64,000 nucleotides of DNA from Deltaproteobacteria bacterium (GCA_029262295.1 JAJCZR010000004.1:14313-78312), one strand, 5' to 3'. Positions 48,020 through 59,232 are shown, counted from the first letter of the stretch. Program-made: numbers and translations. Notes: generated by a model from the sequence alone, not told the origin.

Positions 48020-49621
48020 TTAAATACTAACAGCTTCCACTTCCTTATTTCTATATAATAGTGATGTAAATGCCCTTGCAACTATAACGTTTGAGAACAC
48101 TGTAGATATAATTCCGATCGAAAGCGTTGCAGCAAAACCTTTAATCGGCCCTGTGCCAAACCAAAAAAGTATCAGTGCCGTTACAAGTGTTGTAATGTTG
48201 GCATCAAGTATTGTCCAAAGCGATCTTGCATAACCTGCATTCACAGAGTTAAAGGGAGACTTCCCAAGACGAAGCTCTTCTTTAATTCTCTCAAAAATAA
48301 TGATGTTTCCATCTACCGCCATACCAAGCGTCAGCACAAGCCCCGCAATACCGGGAAGGGTGAGGGTAACACCAAAGGCAGATAAAAATCCCATAATAAA
48401 AAGCATGTTTAACAAAAGCGCGAGGTTTGCAACAACACCCTGCAACTTATAGAAAACGGCCATAAAAATAATCACAAGTATGCCGCCAACAATCATTGAA
48501 AGCCTTCCTTTTGCAATAGAGTCTTTACCAAGTGACGGGCCAACTGTCCTTTCCTGCTCAACCATAACCGGAACTGGAAGCGCACCTGATCTTAAAATCA
48601 AGGCAAGGTCTTTAGCTTCTTCAGGAGTAAAAGTGCCGGTAATTGTTCCTTCATAAGTGATTTTGTCGTTTATTGTTGGTGCTGATTTTATTCTTCCATC
48701 AAGTACAATTGCAAGCCTTTTTCCTATATTTGCACTTGTAAGATCACCAAATTTGCTTGCACCTTCCCCTCGAAACCTAAAGCCAACTGCAGGCCTGCTG
48801 AATTCATCAAAAGCAATCCTAGCATCTGCAATAAACTCACCGGTTACCTGGGCTATATTTTCTGTAACAAAAAATGCTTCATTCTCATTTCCTGTATCAC
48901 CTTCATGAATGGTAAAACCTTTCTCAGTTAGTTCTTCTTCACTATTCACTTCATAAGCCGCTATTAAATTTTCTTTTGCCAATCCGGTCGCTTCAACAAT
49001 TTTAAATTCAAGAACTGCAGCTTTTTTTATAAGCCCCACAATTCTTTCCCTGTCCTTGTTGGAAGCCCCGGGTATCTGTACCAGGATTCTGTCTTTACCG
49101 GATTGTTGTATTGATGGTTCAACAAGTCCAAAATCCTTAACCCTGTTTTCAATAACCTGCCTTACCTGGGTAACTGAGTTTTCTTCGAGCTCTGCAATAT
49201 AGGAACTTTTCACATTTGCTTTAAGTGAGAGGTTTTCTGAACTTACATCTGCAATAGTATCAAAATTTTCTTCTACATAGCTAACTGCTTTATCAAGGTC
49301 TTCTTTTGAGAAGAAATTCATTATGAGCTCGCCGGATTCCACTCTGGCGCTCTTAGTTAAAACCCTTTCATCTTTAAGCTCCTTTTCAACCACCACTTTC
49401 ATTGAGCTTAGTTCCTGATCAAGTGCTTTATCGGTTTGCACCCCGAGTAAAAGAAATATTCCCCCTTTAAGGTCAAGGCCAAGCCTTATTCCCTGGCTCG
49501 GGAATATTTTCCCCCACCACGAAGGAAGTTTATCACCCGCAAATGTAGGTACGAGAAGTAACCCGCACATAATTGTCATAAAGATAATAAATGCTATCCA
49601 GCCTCTTGAAACTCTGTTCAT
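48020..49621 (-). CDS. secD: protein translocase subunit SecD
   Basis: 533 aa with a large periplasmic domain and a C-terminal 6-TM bundle. Confidence 0.85.
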   Translation of the reverse strand: MNRVSRGWIAFIIFMTIMCGLLLVPTFAGDKLPSWWGKIFPSQGIRLGLDLKGGIFLLLGVQTDKALDQELSSMKVVVEKELKDERVLTKSARVESGELIMNFFSKEDLDKAVSYVEENFDTIADVSSENLSLKANVKSSYIAELEENSVTQVRQVIENRVKDFGLVEPSIQQSGKDRILVQIPGASNKDRERIVGLIKKAAVLEFKIVEATGLAKENLIAAYEVNSEEELTEKGFTIHEGDTGNENEAFFVTENIAQVTGEFIADARIAFDEFSRPAVGFRFRGEGASKFGDLTSANIGKRLAIVLDGRIKSAPTINDKITYEGTITGTFTPEEAKDLALILRSGALPVPVMVEQERTVGPSLGKDSIAKGRLSMIVGGILVIIFMAVFYKLQGVVANLALLLNMLFIMGFLSAFGVTLTLPGIAGLVLTLGMAVDGNIIIFERIKEELRLGKSPFNSVNAGYARSLWTILDANITTLVTALILFWFGTGPIKGFAATLSIGIISTVFSNVIVARAFTSLLYRNKEVEAVSI

Positions 49622-49626
49622 CTAAG

Positions 49627-50001
49627 TCAACTACTCCCCTTTGGTTTTGAAACTTCTTTTTCGGTGTTTACAACTGCAGAGATCCCGGATCTTGTCATCT
49701 GCACATTAATTCCCTTGGCTATTTCCACAGTAATATCATTATCACTCACATTTATAACCTTTCCATAAATTCCACCGGATGTGAGGACTTTATCCCCTCT
49801 TTTCACATTCTTAAGCATATCCTGGCGATTGCGATTTTGTTTTTGTTGTGGCCTTAAAATTAACAGGTAAAAAAGCACAAAGATTAATATGAATGGTGCA
49901 AATGAAGTTATGGCAGATCCTGTAGACTCACCACCGCTGCCTGGAGGTGCACAGGAAGATATAAAAAGAAGTGAAATCACTGCTATTAATATAGTTTTCA
50001 A
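49627..50001 (-). CDS. yajC: preprotein translocase subunit YajC
   Basis: Single TM helix plus conserved region (MLKNVKRGDKVLTSGGIYGKV). Upstream of secD. 4-bp overlap with tgt. Confidence 0.7.
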   Translation of the reverse strand: MKTILIAVISLLFISSCAPPGSGGESTGSAITSFAPFILIFVLFYLLILRPQQKQNRNRQDMLKNVKRGDKVLTSGGIYGKVINVSDNDITVEIAKGINVQMTRSGISAVVNTEKEVSKPKGSS

Positions 50002-51110
50002 TTTAGTATTTCCTCCGAACCGATCATCTCCAGATAAAAAGCGTTAAAATCTTCTGCATTGATTGAAGTTCTTATTCTTTTCATAAGTTTTGAGTAGTAG
50101 TTTAGATTATGTAGTGTAAGAAGCCTTAGAGCAAGAATTTCCCCTGCCATGAATATATGCCTTATATATGCCCTTGAAAAATTTCTGCAACAATAGCATT
50201 CACAACTATCATCGAGAGGATTTTCATCATTGGCATATTGGGCATTTTTTATAACTACTTTTCCCCTGGATGTAAAGAGAGTGCCATTTCTTGCATTACG
50301 TGTTGGGATAACACAATCAAATAAATCAACACCTCTTTTAACACTTTCAAGAATATCAATTGGTTTGCCAATTCCCATCATATATCTTACTTTTCCTACA
50401 GGGATTTCACCGACACAGACTGAGGCAAGTTCATAAGTTAATTCACTTTTCTCACCGATACCTAATCCACCTATTGAGTAGCCATCAAAATCAAGTTCAA
50501 TAAGCTCCTCGGCAGATCTTTTCCGTAAATCAGAAAAAGCCCCACCCTGTATTATTCCAAAAAGGGCATTATTTTTACTAGCTTTTGCCTCTTTACAAAG
50601 CTTTGCCCACTTTGTTGTGAGTGCAACAGACTTTTCAGCATAGTCGTATGAGGAATCATGGGGAGGGCATTCATCTAAACACATCATTATATCAGAATTA
50701 AGGTCAGTTTGTATTTGTATCGATTTTTCAGGAGAAAGAAAATGTTCACTGCCATCAAGATGCGACTGAAAGATAACTCCGTCATCCTTTATTTTTCTTT
50801 TTTTTGAAAGGCTAAACACCTGAAAACCACCGCTGTCAGTCGCAACAGGTTTATTCCACGCCATATACTGCTGAAGCCCGCCTAACTTTCTAATCGTTTC
50901 AGTGCCTGGTCTTAAATAAAGGTGGTATGCATTGGAAATTACCATCTGGAAACCAAGTTCATTTAGATCAGAAGGTGTTAAGCCTTTTACAGTTGCCTGC
51001 GTTGCAACAGGCATAAATGCCGGTGTTTCCACAGTTCCGTGTGCAGTATTAATTTTTCCAAAACGTGCAGAACTTTCTTTATCTTTTTGAATAATTTCAA
51101 ATTTATACAT
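49998..51110 (-). CDS. tgt: queuine tRNA-ribosyltransferase
   Basis: TIM-barrel Tgt motifs and a zinc site (CxCxxC...H). Confidence 0.9.
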   Translation of the reverse strand: MYKFEIIQKDKESSARFGKINTAHGTVETPAFMPVATQATVKGLTPSDLNELGFQMVISNAYHLYLRPGTETIRKLGGLQQYMAWNKPVATDSGGFQVFSLSKKRKIKDDGVIFQSHLDGSEHFLSPEKSIQIQTDLNSDIMMCLDECPPHDSSYDYAEKSVALTTKWAKLCKEAKASKNNALFGIIQGGAFSDLRKRSAEELIELDFDGYSIGGLGIGEKSELTYELASVCVGEIPVGKVRYMMGIGKPIDILESVKRGVDLFDCVIPTRNARNGTLFTSRGKVVIKNAQYANDENPLDDSCECYCCRNFSRAYIRHIFMAGEILALRLLTLHNLNYYSKLMKRIRTSINAEDFNAFYLEMIGSEEILN

Positions 51111-51135
51111 TTAGAATTTAATTGGAAGAAATATC

Positions 51136-51936
51136 TTATAGACCTAATACATCTTTCATTGAATAAATGCCAGGATTTTTTTGAGGAAGCCACTTCACTG
51201 CCAAAAGCACTCCTTTAGAGAAGTTGTCCCTGCTTGAAGCTTTATGAGTAAGCTCAACTCTTTCACCATCACCAAGAAACATAACCGTGTGATCTCCAAC
51301 CACATCCCCTCCCCTGATTGTCTGTATACCTATCTCACCTTTTTTTCTCTCTCCTATCTTTCCATAACGCTCATATCTGGCCACATCTTCGAGATTGACT
51401 TTTAGACCTTCCGCAACAGATCTGGCTAAACCAAGGGCAGTGCCACTTGGGGCATCCACTTTGTTTTTATGGTGTGCCTCAACAATTTCAATATCATACG
51501 AATCACCGATTAAGGAAGCCACTTTTTTAGAAATCTCAAAAAGAATATTAACTCCTACACTCATATTTGGAGAGATTACACAAGGGATGTTTGATGCAAG
51601 CTTTTCAAGCCTGGCTTGTTCATTCTCATCAAACCCAGTTGTGCCAATAACCATGGACTTACCGTTATCTTTGGCAAACTTTAAATTTCTTAGAGTAGAC
51701 TCTGGCGAAGTGAAATCTATCAGAATATCTGCATTACTACATGCTTCTTCCAAGTCTCCTTTTATCTCAACATGAATATTTTCATTTCCAATGATTTCAC
51801 CAAGTTTCTTACCAATGAAAGTATGTCCGGGGATCTCAAGTGCACCAGTGATTTCAATTGCTGTATCACTCGCAAGGATTGAAGCAATGCTACGCCCCAT
51901 TCTCCCTGAGGCACCAATGATCGCAGTTTTTATCAT
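51136..51936 (-). CDS. dapB: 4-hydroxy-tetrahydrodipicolinate reductase
   Basis: N-terminal GxxGxxG (IIGASGRMG) and the ...VEAHHKNKVDAPSGTA motif. Confidence 0.9.
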   Translation of the reverse strand: MIKTAIIGASGRMGRSIASILASDTAIEITGALEIPGHTFIGKKLGEIIGNENIHVEIKGDLEEACSNADILIDFTSPESTLRNLKFAKDNGKSMVIGTTGFDENEQARLEKLASNIPCVISPNMSVGVNILFEISKKVASLIGDSYDIEIVEAHHKNKVDAPSGTALGLARSVAEGLKVNLEDVARYERYGKIGERKKGEIGIQTIRGGDVVGDHTVMFLGDGERVELTHKASSRDNFSKGVLLAVKWLPQKNPGIYSMKDVLGL

Positions 51937-51945
51937 ATTAATTTC

Positions 51946-52422
51946 CTAAAATGAATCGGTGCAGTTTTCTATGCACTCATCTTTCGTAATTCTCCACTCA
52001 CTACCAATTATAGAGAGATCATACTTATTTCTATATGTTTTCTTCACTCTTTCAGTGCTTTGAGGAGATTTATAGTCAACTTCAATCTCGGCAACAACTA
52101 TGGCCGCAACTTTATACAACTGGGTGGCCAAAAGCTTATAGTTAATAATTCGTATATCATAATCAGTGTAAATAGATTCAAGACGGTTTATGTAACCTTC
52201 CCGATCAGAACTGATAACATGCACCCTTTCATAAGCTGACGAAATATCTCTTTGCTTAAGTGCACTTAGAAACTGCTCTACTACAACTGTTGCAGAAACT
52301 TTTGGCTTAGGTCTTTCTACAATCTTTTTTTGCCTCTGCCTCGGGGCACAGGAAACAAGCAAAATCAGTATTAAAATATTTATTACAATGTATGGTCTCA
52401 TATAATAAGGTGGTTGGAACAA
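51946..52422 (-). CDS. hypothetical lipoprotein
   Basis: Signal peptide with LVSC lipobox. 158 aa. Confidence 0.4.
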   Translation of the reverse strand: MFQPPYYMRPYIVINILILILLVSCAPRQRQKKIVERPKPKVSATVVVEQFLSALKQRDISSAYERVHVISSDREGYINRLESIYTDYDIRIINYKLLATQLYKVAAIVVAEIEVDYKSPQSTERVKKTYRNKYDLSIIGSEWRITKDECIENCTDSF

Positions 52423-52497
52423 CTAATTAACAAACTTTGGATTTTCAAATAGAATAAGGACTTAACAAACAAATTTCAAGACAATGTTACGCATGCT

Positions 52498-53034
52498 ATG
52501 AGTAAACTAAAAGAACCACCTCCGGCAAGATTTTTTATTGGGCTGATATTTAACCCTGATGCTAATCTAAAAAAGTGTATAGATAGACTGAAAAAGCAAT
52601 TCGGTGAAATAATATTCGAAAGCGGTTCATTTGATTTTAGCGAGACAAACTATTATGAGAATGAAATGGGAAAGAGCCTTAAAAGAAAGTTTATAGCTTT
52701 TAGCAATCTGATAGAAAGAACCGGGATAATTGAGAAAAAAATAATTTCTAATGAAATTGAAAATGATTTTTCACTTAATGGGCAAAGGACAATAAACATT
52801 GACCCCGGGTATATAGCCCCTGAGCATCTTATTCTTGCCACAGGAAAAGGTTATGCCCACAGATCATATCTTGGCAAAGGCGTGTATGCTGAACTAACAC
52901 TTATTTTCGAGAGAAATGTAATTAGAACTTTAGATTGGACATATCCCGACTATAAATTTAAAAATATTCAGGATATGTTTTTAGGTATAAGAAATAACTA
53001 CTTACAACAACTTAGAGAAGGAAATTTAATATGA
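52498..53034 (+). CDS. DUF4416-family protein
   Basis: 178 aa. 4-bp overlap with the downstream yicC-like gene. Confidence 0.45.
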   Translation: MSKLKEPPPARFFIGLIFNPDANLKKCIDRLKKQFGEIIFESGSFDFSETNYYENEMGKSLKRKFIAFSNLIERTGIIEKKIISNEIENDFSLNGQRTINIDPGYIAPEHLILATGKGYAHRSYLGKGVYAELTLIFERNVIRTLDWTYPDYKFKNIQDMFLGIRNNYLQQLREGNLI

Positions 53035-53900
53035 AAAGCATGACCGGGTTTGGAGAATCATATATTGAAACAACAATTGGGAAGGTAATGATTGAGATAA
53101 AATCTGAAAATCATAGATTTTTGGATATTAAAGTACAATCGCCCGAATACTTTAATGGAGTTGAAAACCTTGTAGCAAATGAAGTTAAAAAAAATATTAA
53201 AAGAGGAAAACTCAGAATTAAAATATCTGTCGAAGAAAATCAAAAAGAAAAAGAACAGATTTTAACTAAAAACCTCAAGGGAACTTTTGAAAATTTAAAA
53301 AAAGTAAGAAAAGAACTCAATATTAAAGATGAAGTAAAAATTGAACATCTTCTTATGTTAAAAGAAATATTTGATGAAAATATTTCTTTTGAACTTTCAG
53401 GTGCAACCATCAAGAAAATTACCCAGGCAGTTAATAACGCATTAGACAAGTTTGATAAATCAAGGTCTTCGGAAGGGAAAAAACTTAGAAAAGACATTTT
53501 AGGCCGTTTGAAAAATTTGAAATCCATTATCAGGAATATAAAAAGCAAAAGAAAAAACTTTTCTAAAGAATCAAGAAAAAAACTAAAAGAGAGGGTCGGT
53601 TCAATCTTAAAAGACAAGGAGATCGATGAATCAAGGCTTATTCAGGAAATATCTTTTCTTACGGAAAGAACAGAGATTACTGAGGAGCTTGTCAGGTTAG
53701 ATGCACACATTTCCAAGTTTCAACAAAACACTAATAAAATTCATTCAATTGGGAAGGAACTCGACTTTTTGATCCAGGAAATGAATAGGGAATCTGGCAC
53801 TATTTCTGCCAAGTGTAAAGATGCAGAAATTTCTCATCTAACAATTGAACTTCGCTCTGAACTTGAAAAAATAAGAGAACAAATTCAAAACATTGAATAA
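53031..53900 (+). CDS. yicC: YicC-family (DUF1732) stress-induced protein
   Basis: MKSMTGFG N-terminus and C-terminal ELVRL..H...F motif typical of YicC. Confidence 0.7.
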   Translation: MKSMTGFGESYIETTIGKVMIEIKSENHRFLDIKVQSPEYFNGVENLVANEVKKNIKRGKLRIKISVEENQKEKEQILTKNLKGTFENLKKVRKELNIKDEVKIEHLLMLKEIFDENISFELSGATIKKITQAVNNALDKFDKSRSSEGKKLRKDILGRLKNLKSIIRNIKSKRKNFSKESRKKLKERVGSILKDKEIDESRLIQEISFLTERTEITEELVRLDAHISKFQQNTNKIHSIGKELDFLIQEMNRESGTISAKCKDAEISHLTIELRSELEKIREQIQNIE

Positions 53901-53996
53901 TTAGCCCAAAGTTTGAAACTAATTTTTTACTGTGTTATCATTTCCAGACTTTCACTTTCGGTATATTCAGTTCACAAGGAGTTAATATAAAAGGTT

Positions 53997-54866
53997 ATGA
54001 GCATTCTGGTTAATAAAGATTCTAAAGTAATTGTGCAAGGCATTACAGGAAGCGCTGGTCTTTTTCATGCACAGCAATGCAGGGATTATGGCACTCAGGT
54101 AGTTGGAGGCGTAACTCCCGGCAAAGGTGGGAGTGAAGTGGATGGATTTACGGTCTACAACAGCGTTAGTGAAGCTACGAAGGAAACAAGTGCGAATGTT
54201 TCCTTAATTTTTGTTCCTGCACCTTTTGCAATGGACTCAATCCTTGAAGCTGTGGATGCAGAAATTGAGACAATAATTTGTATAACTGAAGGCGTTCCAA
54301 CACTTGATATTGTGAGAGTGAAAGAATTTATGAATGGTTCCCAATCAAGGCTTGTTGGCCCTAACTGCCCTGGTGTTATAACCCCGGGAGAAGCGAAAGT
54401 AGGAATTATGCCGGGTTATATTCATAAACCTGGAAAAGTCGGGATCATATCAAGAAGCGGAACACTCACTTATGAAGCTGTCTGGCAGACAACTAATATT
54501 GATATCGGACAATCCACATGCCTCGGGATCGGCGGCGACCCTGTTATTGGCACTACATTTATCGATGCCCTCGAACTATTTCAAAACGACCCTGATACGG
54601 AAGCTGTAATAATGATTGGTGAGATTGGTGGCTCTGATGAAGAAGAAGCTGCCGAATATATAAAAGATAATTTCAAAAAACCAATTGCTGCATTTATTGC
54701 CGGTTCCACTGCTCCTAAAGGAAAAAGAATGGGACATGCAGGGGCTATTGTTTCGGGAAGCTCAGGTAGTGCAGAAGACAAATTTGCTGCACTTGAAAGA
54801 GCAGGTGTTGCAACCTGTAAAAGCCCTGCAGCCATGGGCGAAACCCTAAAAGAAGTAATGGGCTAA
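53997..54866 (+). CDS. sucD: succinate--CoA ligase alpha subunit
   Basis: CoA-binding motif and catalytic His region (GHAGAI). Confidence 0.9.
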   Translation: MSILVNKDSKVIVQGITGSAGLFHAQQCRDYGTQVVGGVTPGKGGSEVDGFTVYNSVSEATKETSANVSLIFVPAPFAMDSILEAVDAEIETIICITEGVPTLDIVRVKEFMNGSQSRLVGPNCPGVITPGEAKVGIMPGYIHKPGKVGIISRSGTLTYEAVWQTTNIDIGQSTCLGIGGDPVIGTTFIDALELFQNDPDTEAVIMIGEIGGSDEEEAAEYIKDNFKKPIAAFIAGSTAPKGKRMGHAGAIVSGSSGSAEDKFAALERAGVATCKSPAAMGETLKEVMG

Positions 54867-54906
54867 AATTACTTTTTAGTTTTCTTTTCAGTATTATCTT
54901 TTCTTA

Positions 54907-56472
54907 ATGCAACTAAATCCATTTGAACTGGAAATATTCAAAAACCAGCTTAGTACCATTGCTGAGGAAATGGGAACTGTATTGATCCGCTCGGCATTTT
55001 CCCCAAATATAAAAGAAAGAAGGGATATTTCCTGTGCTTTATTTAACTCAAAAGGAGAGATGATAGCCCAGGCAGCACATATACCTGTGCACCTTGGATC
55101 AATGTCATTTTCAACAAAGTCTGTATTGGATGAAAAGTCAATTGAAAAAGGTGATATATTTATCCTGAATGATCCATTTAAAGGCGGCACACATCTCCCT
55201 GATATAACTTGCATAGCTCCTGTTTTTATTAATGAAAAACTTGAATATTTGGTTGCCTCGAGAGCTCATCATGCTGATGTGGGGGGGAAATCTCCTGGCT
55301 CAATGCCCCTTTCAACTTCCATTCATGACGAAGGCATTATTATTCCACCGACAAAAATTTATAAAAAGGGGAAGTTAGATAGTAAACTTTTCAAAGAAAT
55401 AATTGAAAAGACAAGAGATCCGCAAGAAAGAGAAGGAGATTTCAGGGCTCAAATATCTTCACTCGAAATTGGAAAACAAAGATTACTAAAAACCATTAAA
55501 AAACATTCACTCTCAAAAATCAATATTGCATCTGATGGTCTTATGGATTATAGCGAAAAGATTATGAGGAATGTCATAAGCAACATTCCAGATGGATTTT
55601 ATGATTTTACAGACTTTCTGGACGATGACGGGGCAGGCACAAAAGATATTTCAATTAAAACCAAAATTGAAGTTAATGGCAGCAATGTAACTGTAGATTT
55701 TAGAGGCAGTTCAAAAAAAGTAAAAGGCTGCCTAAACGCTCCGTTGAGTGTAACAACAGCTGCTGTAGTTTACTGTTTTCAATGCCTTGCCCCACCCGAA
55801 CTACCACTTAATTCAGGTCCTTTGCGGGCAATTAAAATTATTGTTGACGGTGATTCAATTCTAAATGCCAAATACCCAAGTGCAGTTGTAGGCGGAAATG
55901 TAGAAACATCTCAAAGGGTTGTGGATACGGTTTTTGGTGCACTTTCAAAAGCTATTCCTGAAAAAGTGCAGGCTGCCAGTGCCGGAACTATGAACAATAT
56001 TACATTTGGTGGAATTAATCCAGCAACTGGTAACGAATTTACATATTATGAAACAATAGGTGGCGGCATGGGTGGAAGATCAGGTTTTAATGGTGTAAAT
56101 GCAGTACAAACCCATATGACAAACACGCTTAACACACCAATAGAATCAATCGAAAGGGAACTTCCAATAATGATAGAATCCTATTCGATCAAACAAAGCT
56201 CAGGAGGCAGTGGAAAATACCGGGGAGGGAATGGAATTATAAGGGAATATAAATTCCTTGAGGATGCAGAAGTAAATCTTATAACTGAAAGAAGAACCCA
56301 CTTGCCCTGGGGAATAAATGGTGGCGAGAATGGCAGCGAAGGAAAGAATACCCTGGTAATAGATGGTAAAGAAAAAGAACTTCCGGCAAAATGTTCCCTG
56401 AATGTCAAAAAAAACAATATTATCAGAATTGAAACCCCTGGCGGTGGAGGCTGGGGAAAACCACTTTCATAG
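54907..56472 (+). CDS. hydantoinase B/5-oxoprolinase B-subunit family protein (orphan, no adjacent A subunit)
   Basis: 521 aa. The N-terminus (DPFELEIFKNQL...GSMS) matches the Hydantoinase_B fold. Confidence 0.7.
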   Translation: MQLNPFELEIFKNQLSTIAEEMGTVLIRSAFSPNIKERRDISCALFNSKGEMIAQAAHIPVHLGSMSFSTKSVLDEKSIEKGDIFILNDPFKGGTHLPDITCIAPVFINEKLEYLVASRAHHADVGGKSPGSMPLSTSIHDEGIIIPPTKIYKKGKLDSKLFKEIIEKTRDPQEREGDFRAQISSLEIGKQRLLKTIKKHSLSKINIASDGLMDYSEKIMRNVISNIPDGFYDFTDFLDDDGAGTKDISIKTKIEVNGSNVTVDFRGSSKKVKGCLNAPLSVTTAAVVYCFQCLAPPELPLNSGPLRAIKIIVDGDSILNAKYPSAVVGGNVETSQRVVDTVFGALSKAIPEKVQAASAGTMNNITFGGINPATGNEFTYYETIGGGMGGRSGFNGVNAVQTHMTNTLNTPIESIERELPIMIESYSIKQSSGGSGKYRGGNGIIREYKFLEDAEVNLITERRTHLPWGINGGENGSEGKNTLVIDGKEKELPAKCSLNVKKNNIIRIETPGGGGWGKPLS

Positions 56473-56552
56473 ATTTTCATACTTTTTTAAATTAACAAAT
56501 CCGCTGGTAAACTAACCCCTTCACTAAAATATCTGCAAACAGGTTTATTAAT

Positions 56553-57503
56553 ATGAGTAAATTTTTTATAGTCGATGCACATGAAGACATCGCTTTTCAT
56601 CTAAACTATTTTAAAAGGGATTTTGTTAATCCAGACACACCTTGCATGATCACCCTTCCCTGGATAAAAGAAGCGGGAATCAGAATTATTTTTAATACTG
56701 TATTTATTCATCCAAAACACAAACCTACCAAAACAGTTGAAAATGCAATGAAACAGCTAGACACGTACGACAAAATTTATAAAGAACATAAAAACGATGT
56801 TTTCCAGATCAAATCTAAAGATGATCTAAATAACCTTGCAGATGAAAACAGGATTGGATTTTTAACATTAATGGAAGGTGCTGATCCGCTAAGAAGCCCT
56901 GAAGACCTTGGCGAGTATTATCAAAGGGGAGTAAGGGTAGTGGGACCCACATGGAATAATAAAAATATTTTTGCTTCAGGCCCTGACACTCAAGATGGTC
57001 TATCAGATAAAGGCATTCAACTAATAAAAAAAATGAATGAACTTAATGTAACACTGGATTTATCTCATCTTAATGAAAAGTCATTTTGGGACTCAATTGA
57101 ACTTACCAAACTCATACCTGTGGCAACCCACTCTAATGCAAGGGCACTAACGGATCATCCAAGAAATCTTAAAGATGAACAATTAAAAGCGATCTCCAAG
57201 AGAAATGGAGTAATTGGAATTGTTTTTTATAATGAGTTTTTAAAAAGAAATGAAAAACCAACAAGCCTTGAAAATATTTACGAACATACCGATTATATTT
57301 TAAACCTCTGTGGTGAAGATCATGTTGGCATCGGCACAGACCTTGATGGGGCAAGAATTAAAGATTTTCCAAAAGAAGTAAGACAAATTTCTAAACTACC
57401 TTTAGTAGCAGAATATTTTCTGAGCAAAGGTTATAGCGAAGAACTTGTTTCAAAAATAATGGGGAAAAATTTTCTCAGGGTTATTGAAAATAATTTAAAC
57501 TAG
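56553..57503 (+). CDS. membrane dipeptidase, peptidase family M19
   Basis: DAHED.. N-terminal metal-binding motif and TIM-barrel dipeptidase pattern. Confidence 0.75.
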   Translation: MSKFFIVDAHEDIAFHLNYFKRDFVNPDTPCMITLPWIKEAGIRIIFNTVFIHPKHKPTKTVENAMKQLDTYDKIYKEHKNDVFQIKSKDDLNNLADENRIGFLTLMEGADPLRSPEDLGEYYQRGVRVVGPTWNNKNIFASGPDTQDGLSDKGIQLIKKMNELNVTLDLSHLNEKSFWDSIELTKLIPVATHSNARALTDHPRNLKDEQLKAISKRNGVIGIVFYNEFLKRNEKPTSLENIYEHTDYILNLCGEDHVGIGTDLDGARIKDFPKEVRQISKLPLVAEYFLSKGYSEELVSKIMGKNFLRVIENNLN

Positions 57504-57507
57504 ATAC

Positions 57508-58410
57508 ATGCCACATAACCATAATCATGAAGTACCGAGCTACAACAAAGCATTTGCAATTGGGATTATATTAAATGTTGCGTTTTCACTTATTGAGGCA
57601 ATTTATGGATTCCTATCCAACTCAATTGCACTTATAGCGGATGCGGGGCACAACTTTAGTGATGTAATTAGCCTGGTTATAGCCTGGGGAGCAATTTATC
57701 TGGCAGCAAAAAAACCTACACCCAGAAGAACTTATGGGTTTCGCCGCCTTACAATTCTTGCTTCACTTGCAAGTGCAATCCTTCTTTTGATAGCTATCGG
57801 GGCAATCTTATTAGAGGCTATAAAGAGATTTAATGAGCCTCAACCATTACAGGGCAAAACAATAATTATTGTAGCTGGAATTGGGATCATAATTAATTTA
57901 ATCACTGCATTTATGTTCATCAAAAACCAGGAAAATGATCTTAATATAAAAGGTGCATTTTTACACATGCTTGCTGATGCCGGGGTTTCATTTGGTGTAG
58001 TATTGGCAGGAATAGCAATAATAGCCACAGGCTGGCTCTGGCTTGATCCAGCAATCAGTATTTTAATTGTAGTGATAATTTTAATTGGAACCTGGGGTTT
58101 ATTAAAAGACTCATTAAATCTTGTTTTAGACTATGTGCCAAAAAATATTGATCCAGTTGAAGTAAAGAAATATTTTGAGGGTCTACCGCAAGTTAATGAA
58201 GTGCATGATCTTCATATCTGGGCAATGAGCACTACCGAAATAGCCCTTACAGCTCATCTGACAATTCCTGATAAAGATACTAATGATATTTTTTTGCAAA
58301 AGGTTTGCAGCGATCTTCATGAAAAATTTGGGATAGATCACCCAACTATACAAATTGAAAAAAATAACACAGATGAATTTTGCACGCAGTCATCACCAGA
58401 AAGTATATAG
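57508..58410 (+). CDS. cation diffusion facilitator family transporter
   Basis: Six TM helices with HxxxD motifs (LIADAGHNFSD; HMLADAG) and a C-terminal cytoplasmic domain. Confidence 0.85.
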   Translation: MPHNHNHEVPSYNKAFAIGIILNVAFSLIEAIYGFLSNSIALIADAGHNFSDVISLVIAWGAIYLAAKKPTPRRTYGFRRLTILASLASAILLLIAIGAILLEAIKRFNEPQPLQGKTIIIVAGIGIIINLITAFMFIKNQENDLNIKGAFLHMLADAGVSFGVVLAGIAIIATGWLWLDPAISILIVVIILIGTWGLLKDSLNLVLDYVPKNIDPVEVKKYFEGLPQVNEVHDLHIWAMSTTEIALTAHLTIPDKDTNDIFLQKVCSDLHEKFGIDHPTIQIEKNNTDEFCTQSSPESI

Positions 58411-58429
58411 AAGCTAAATTGCTATTATT

Positions 58430-58834
58430 TTAAAGAGTTTTTCGTTTTAAGTTTTTTAATAAAAACCTGTACTTACCTGGCCCCATAAATAAGAATAAAA
58501 CAAAGATAAGTAGTTGAAATAACAAACTGACTATTATCTTGTATGTTGGGTCTGAATCTTGAGAAACTAATACAAGGTTACTGAATATCGTAAAAAGTAC
58601 TGAAACTATCATATAAGAAACAGCAAACTTAAAATAAATACCTAAAACTATTAATATTGAAACAACGAATTGAGAAAATGATGCCAGAAGGATCCACTCA
58701 CTCGCATACTCAATCCCAAGGAACTTTAGATTCTCATTCATTTGATTCCATACGGAAAAACCTGAGTAAAAACTTGCAAACAAAGGTAACAAGGCCCCAA
58801 CAATAATTCTTAGAACTAAAAGAAAAATATTCAT
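58430..58834 (-). CDS. DoxX-like small membrane protein
   Basis: 134 aa with 4 TM helices. Confidence 0.45.
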   Translation of the reverse strand: MNIFLLVLRIIVGALLPLFASFYSGFSVWNQMNENLKFLGIEYASEWILLASFSQFVVSILIVLGIYFKFAVSYMIVSVLFTIFSNLVLVSQDSDPTYKIIVSLLFQLLIFVLFLFMGPGKYRFLLKNLKRKTL

Positions 58835-58851
58835 TAGTTATAAATTTTGGC

Positions 58852-59232
58852 TTACTCAACAGGCTCAATCACACTCAACATCGGACCCTTGCTTCTTTTA
58901 AGCCTCCAGTCTGCCCCGTAAAGCATAATCTCATTTGATTTTTCTTCAGCAATTTCTTTTGAGCCAGTAAATACTATTACCCTGCCCCTGAAATCAACTT
59001 CACAAGTCATCTCAAATGATTCTTTTCTCCCGTATCCGAAAATATCCATAAGCATTTCAACTACATATTCATAAGTGTGATCATTATCGTCAAGAAGAAC
59101 CAAATTATATTGCTCTGATTTTTTGGAATTTGTAATTCCCTCAAGCAATTCTTCATATATACCAGATGAAGATGACGATTTTCTTGATTCTGAGTCGTAA
59201 AATTGTCTTACTAGCTGCAAGTTGTTCATCAC
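58852..59232 (-). CDS. clpS: ATP-dependent Clp protease adaptor ClpS-like
   Basis: YNLVLLDDNDHTYEYVVEMLMDIFGY...EVDFRGRVIVFTGSKEIAEEK matches the ClpS core pattern. Confidence 0.65.
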   Translation of the reverse strand: MMNNLQLVRQFYDSESRKSSSSSGIYEELLEGITNSKKSEQYNLVLLDDNDHTYEYVVEMLMDIFGYGRKESFEMTCEVDFRGRVIVFTGSKEIAEEKSNEIMLYGADWRLKRSKGPMLSVIEPVE

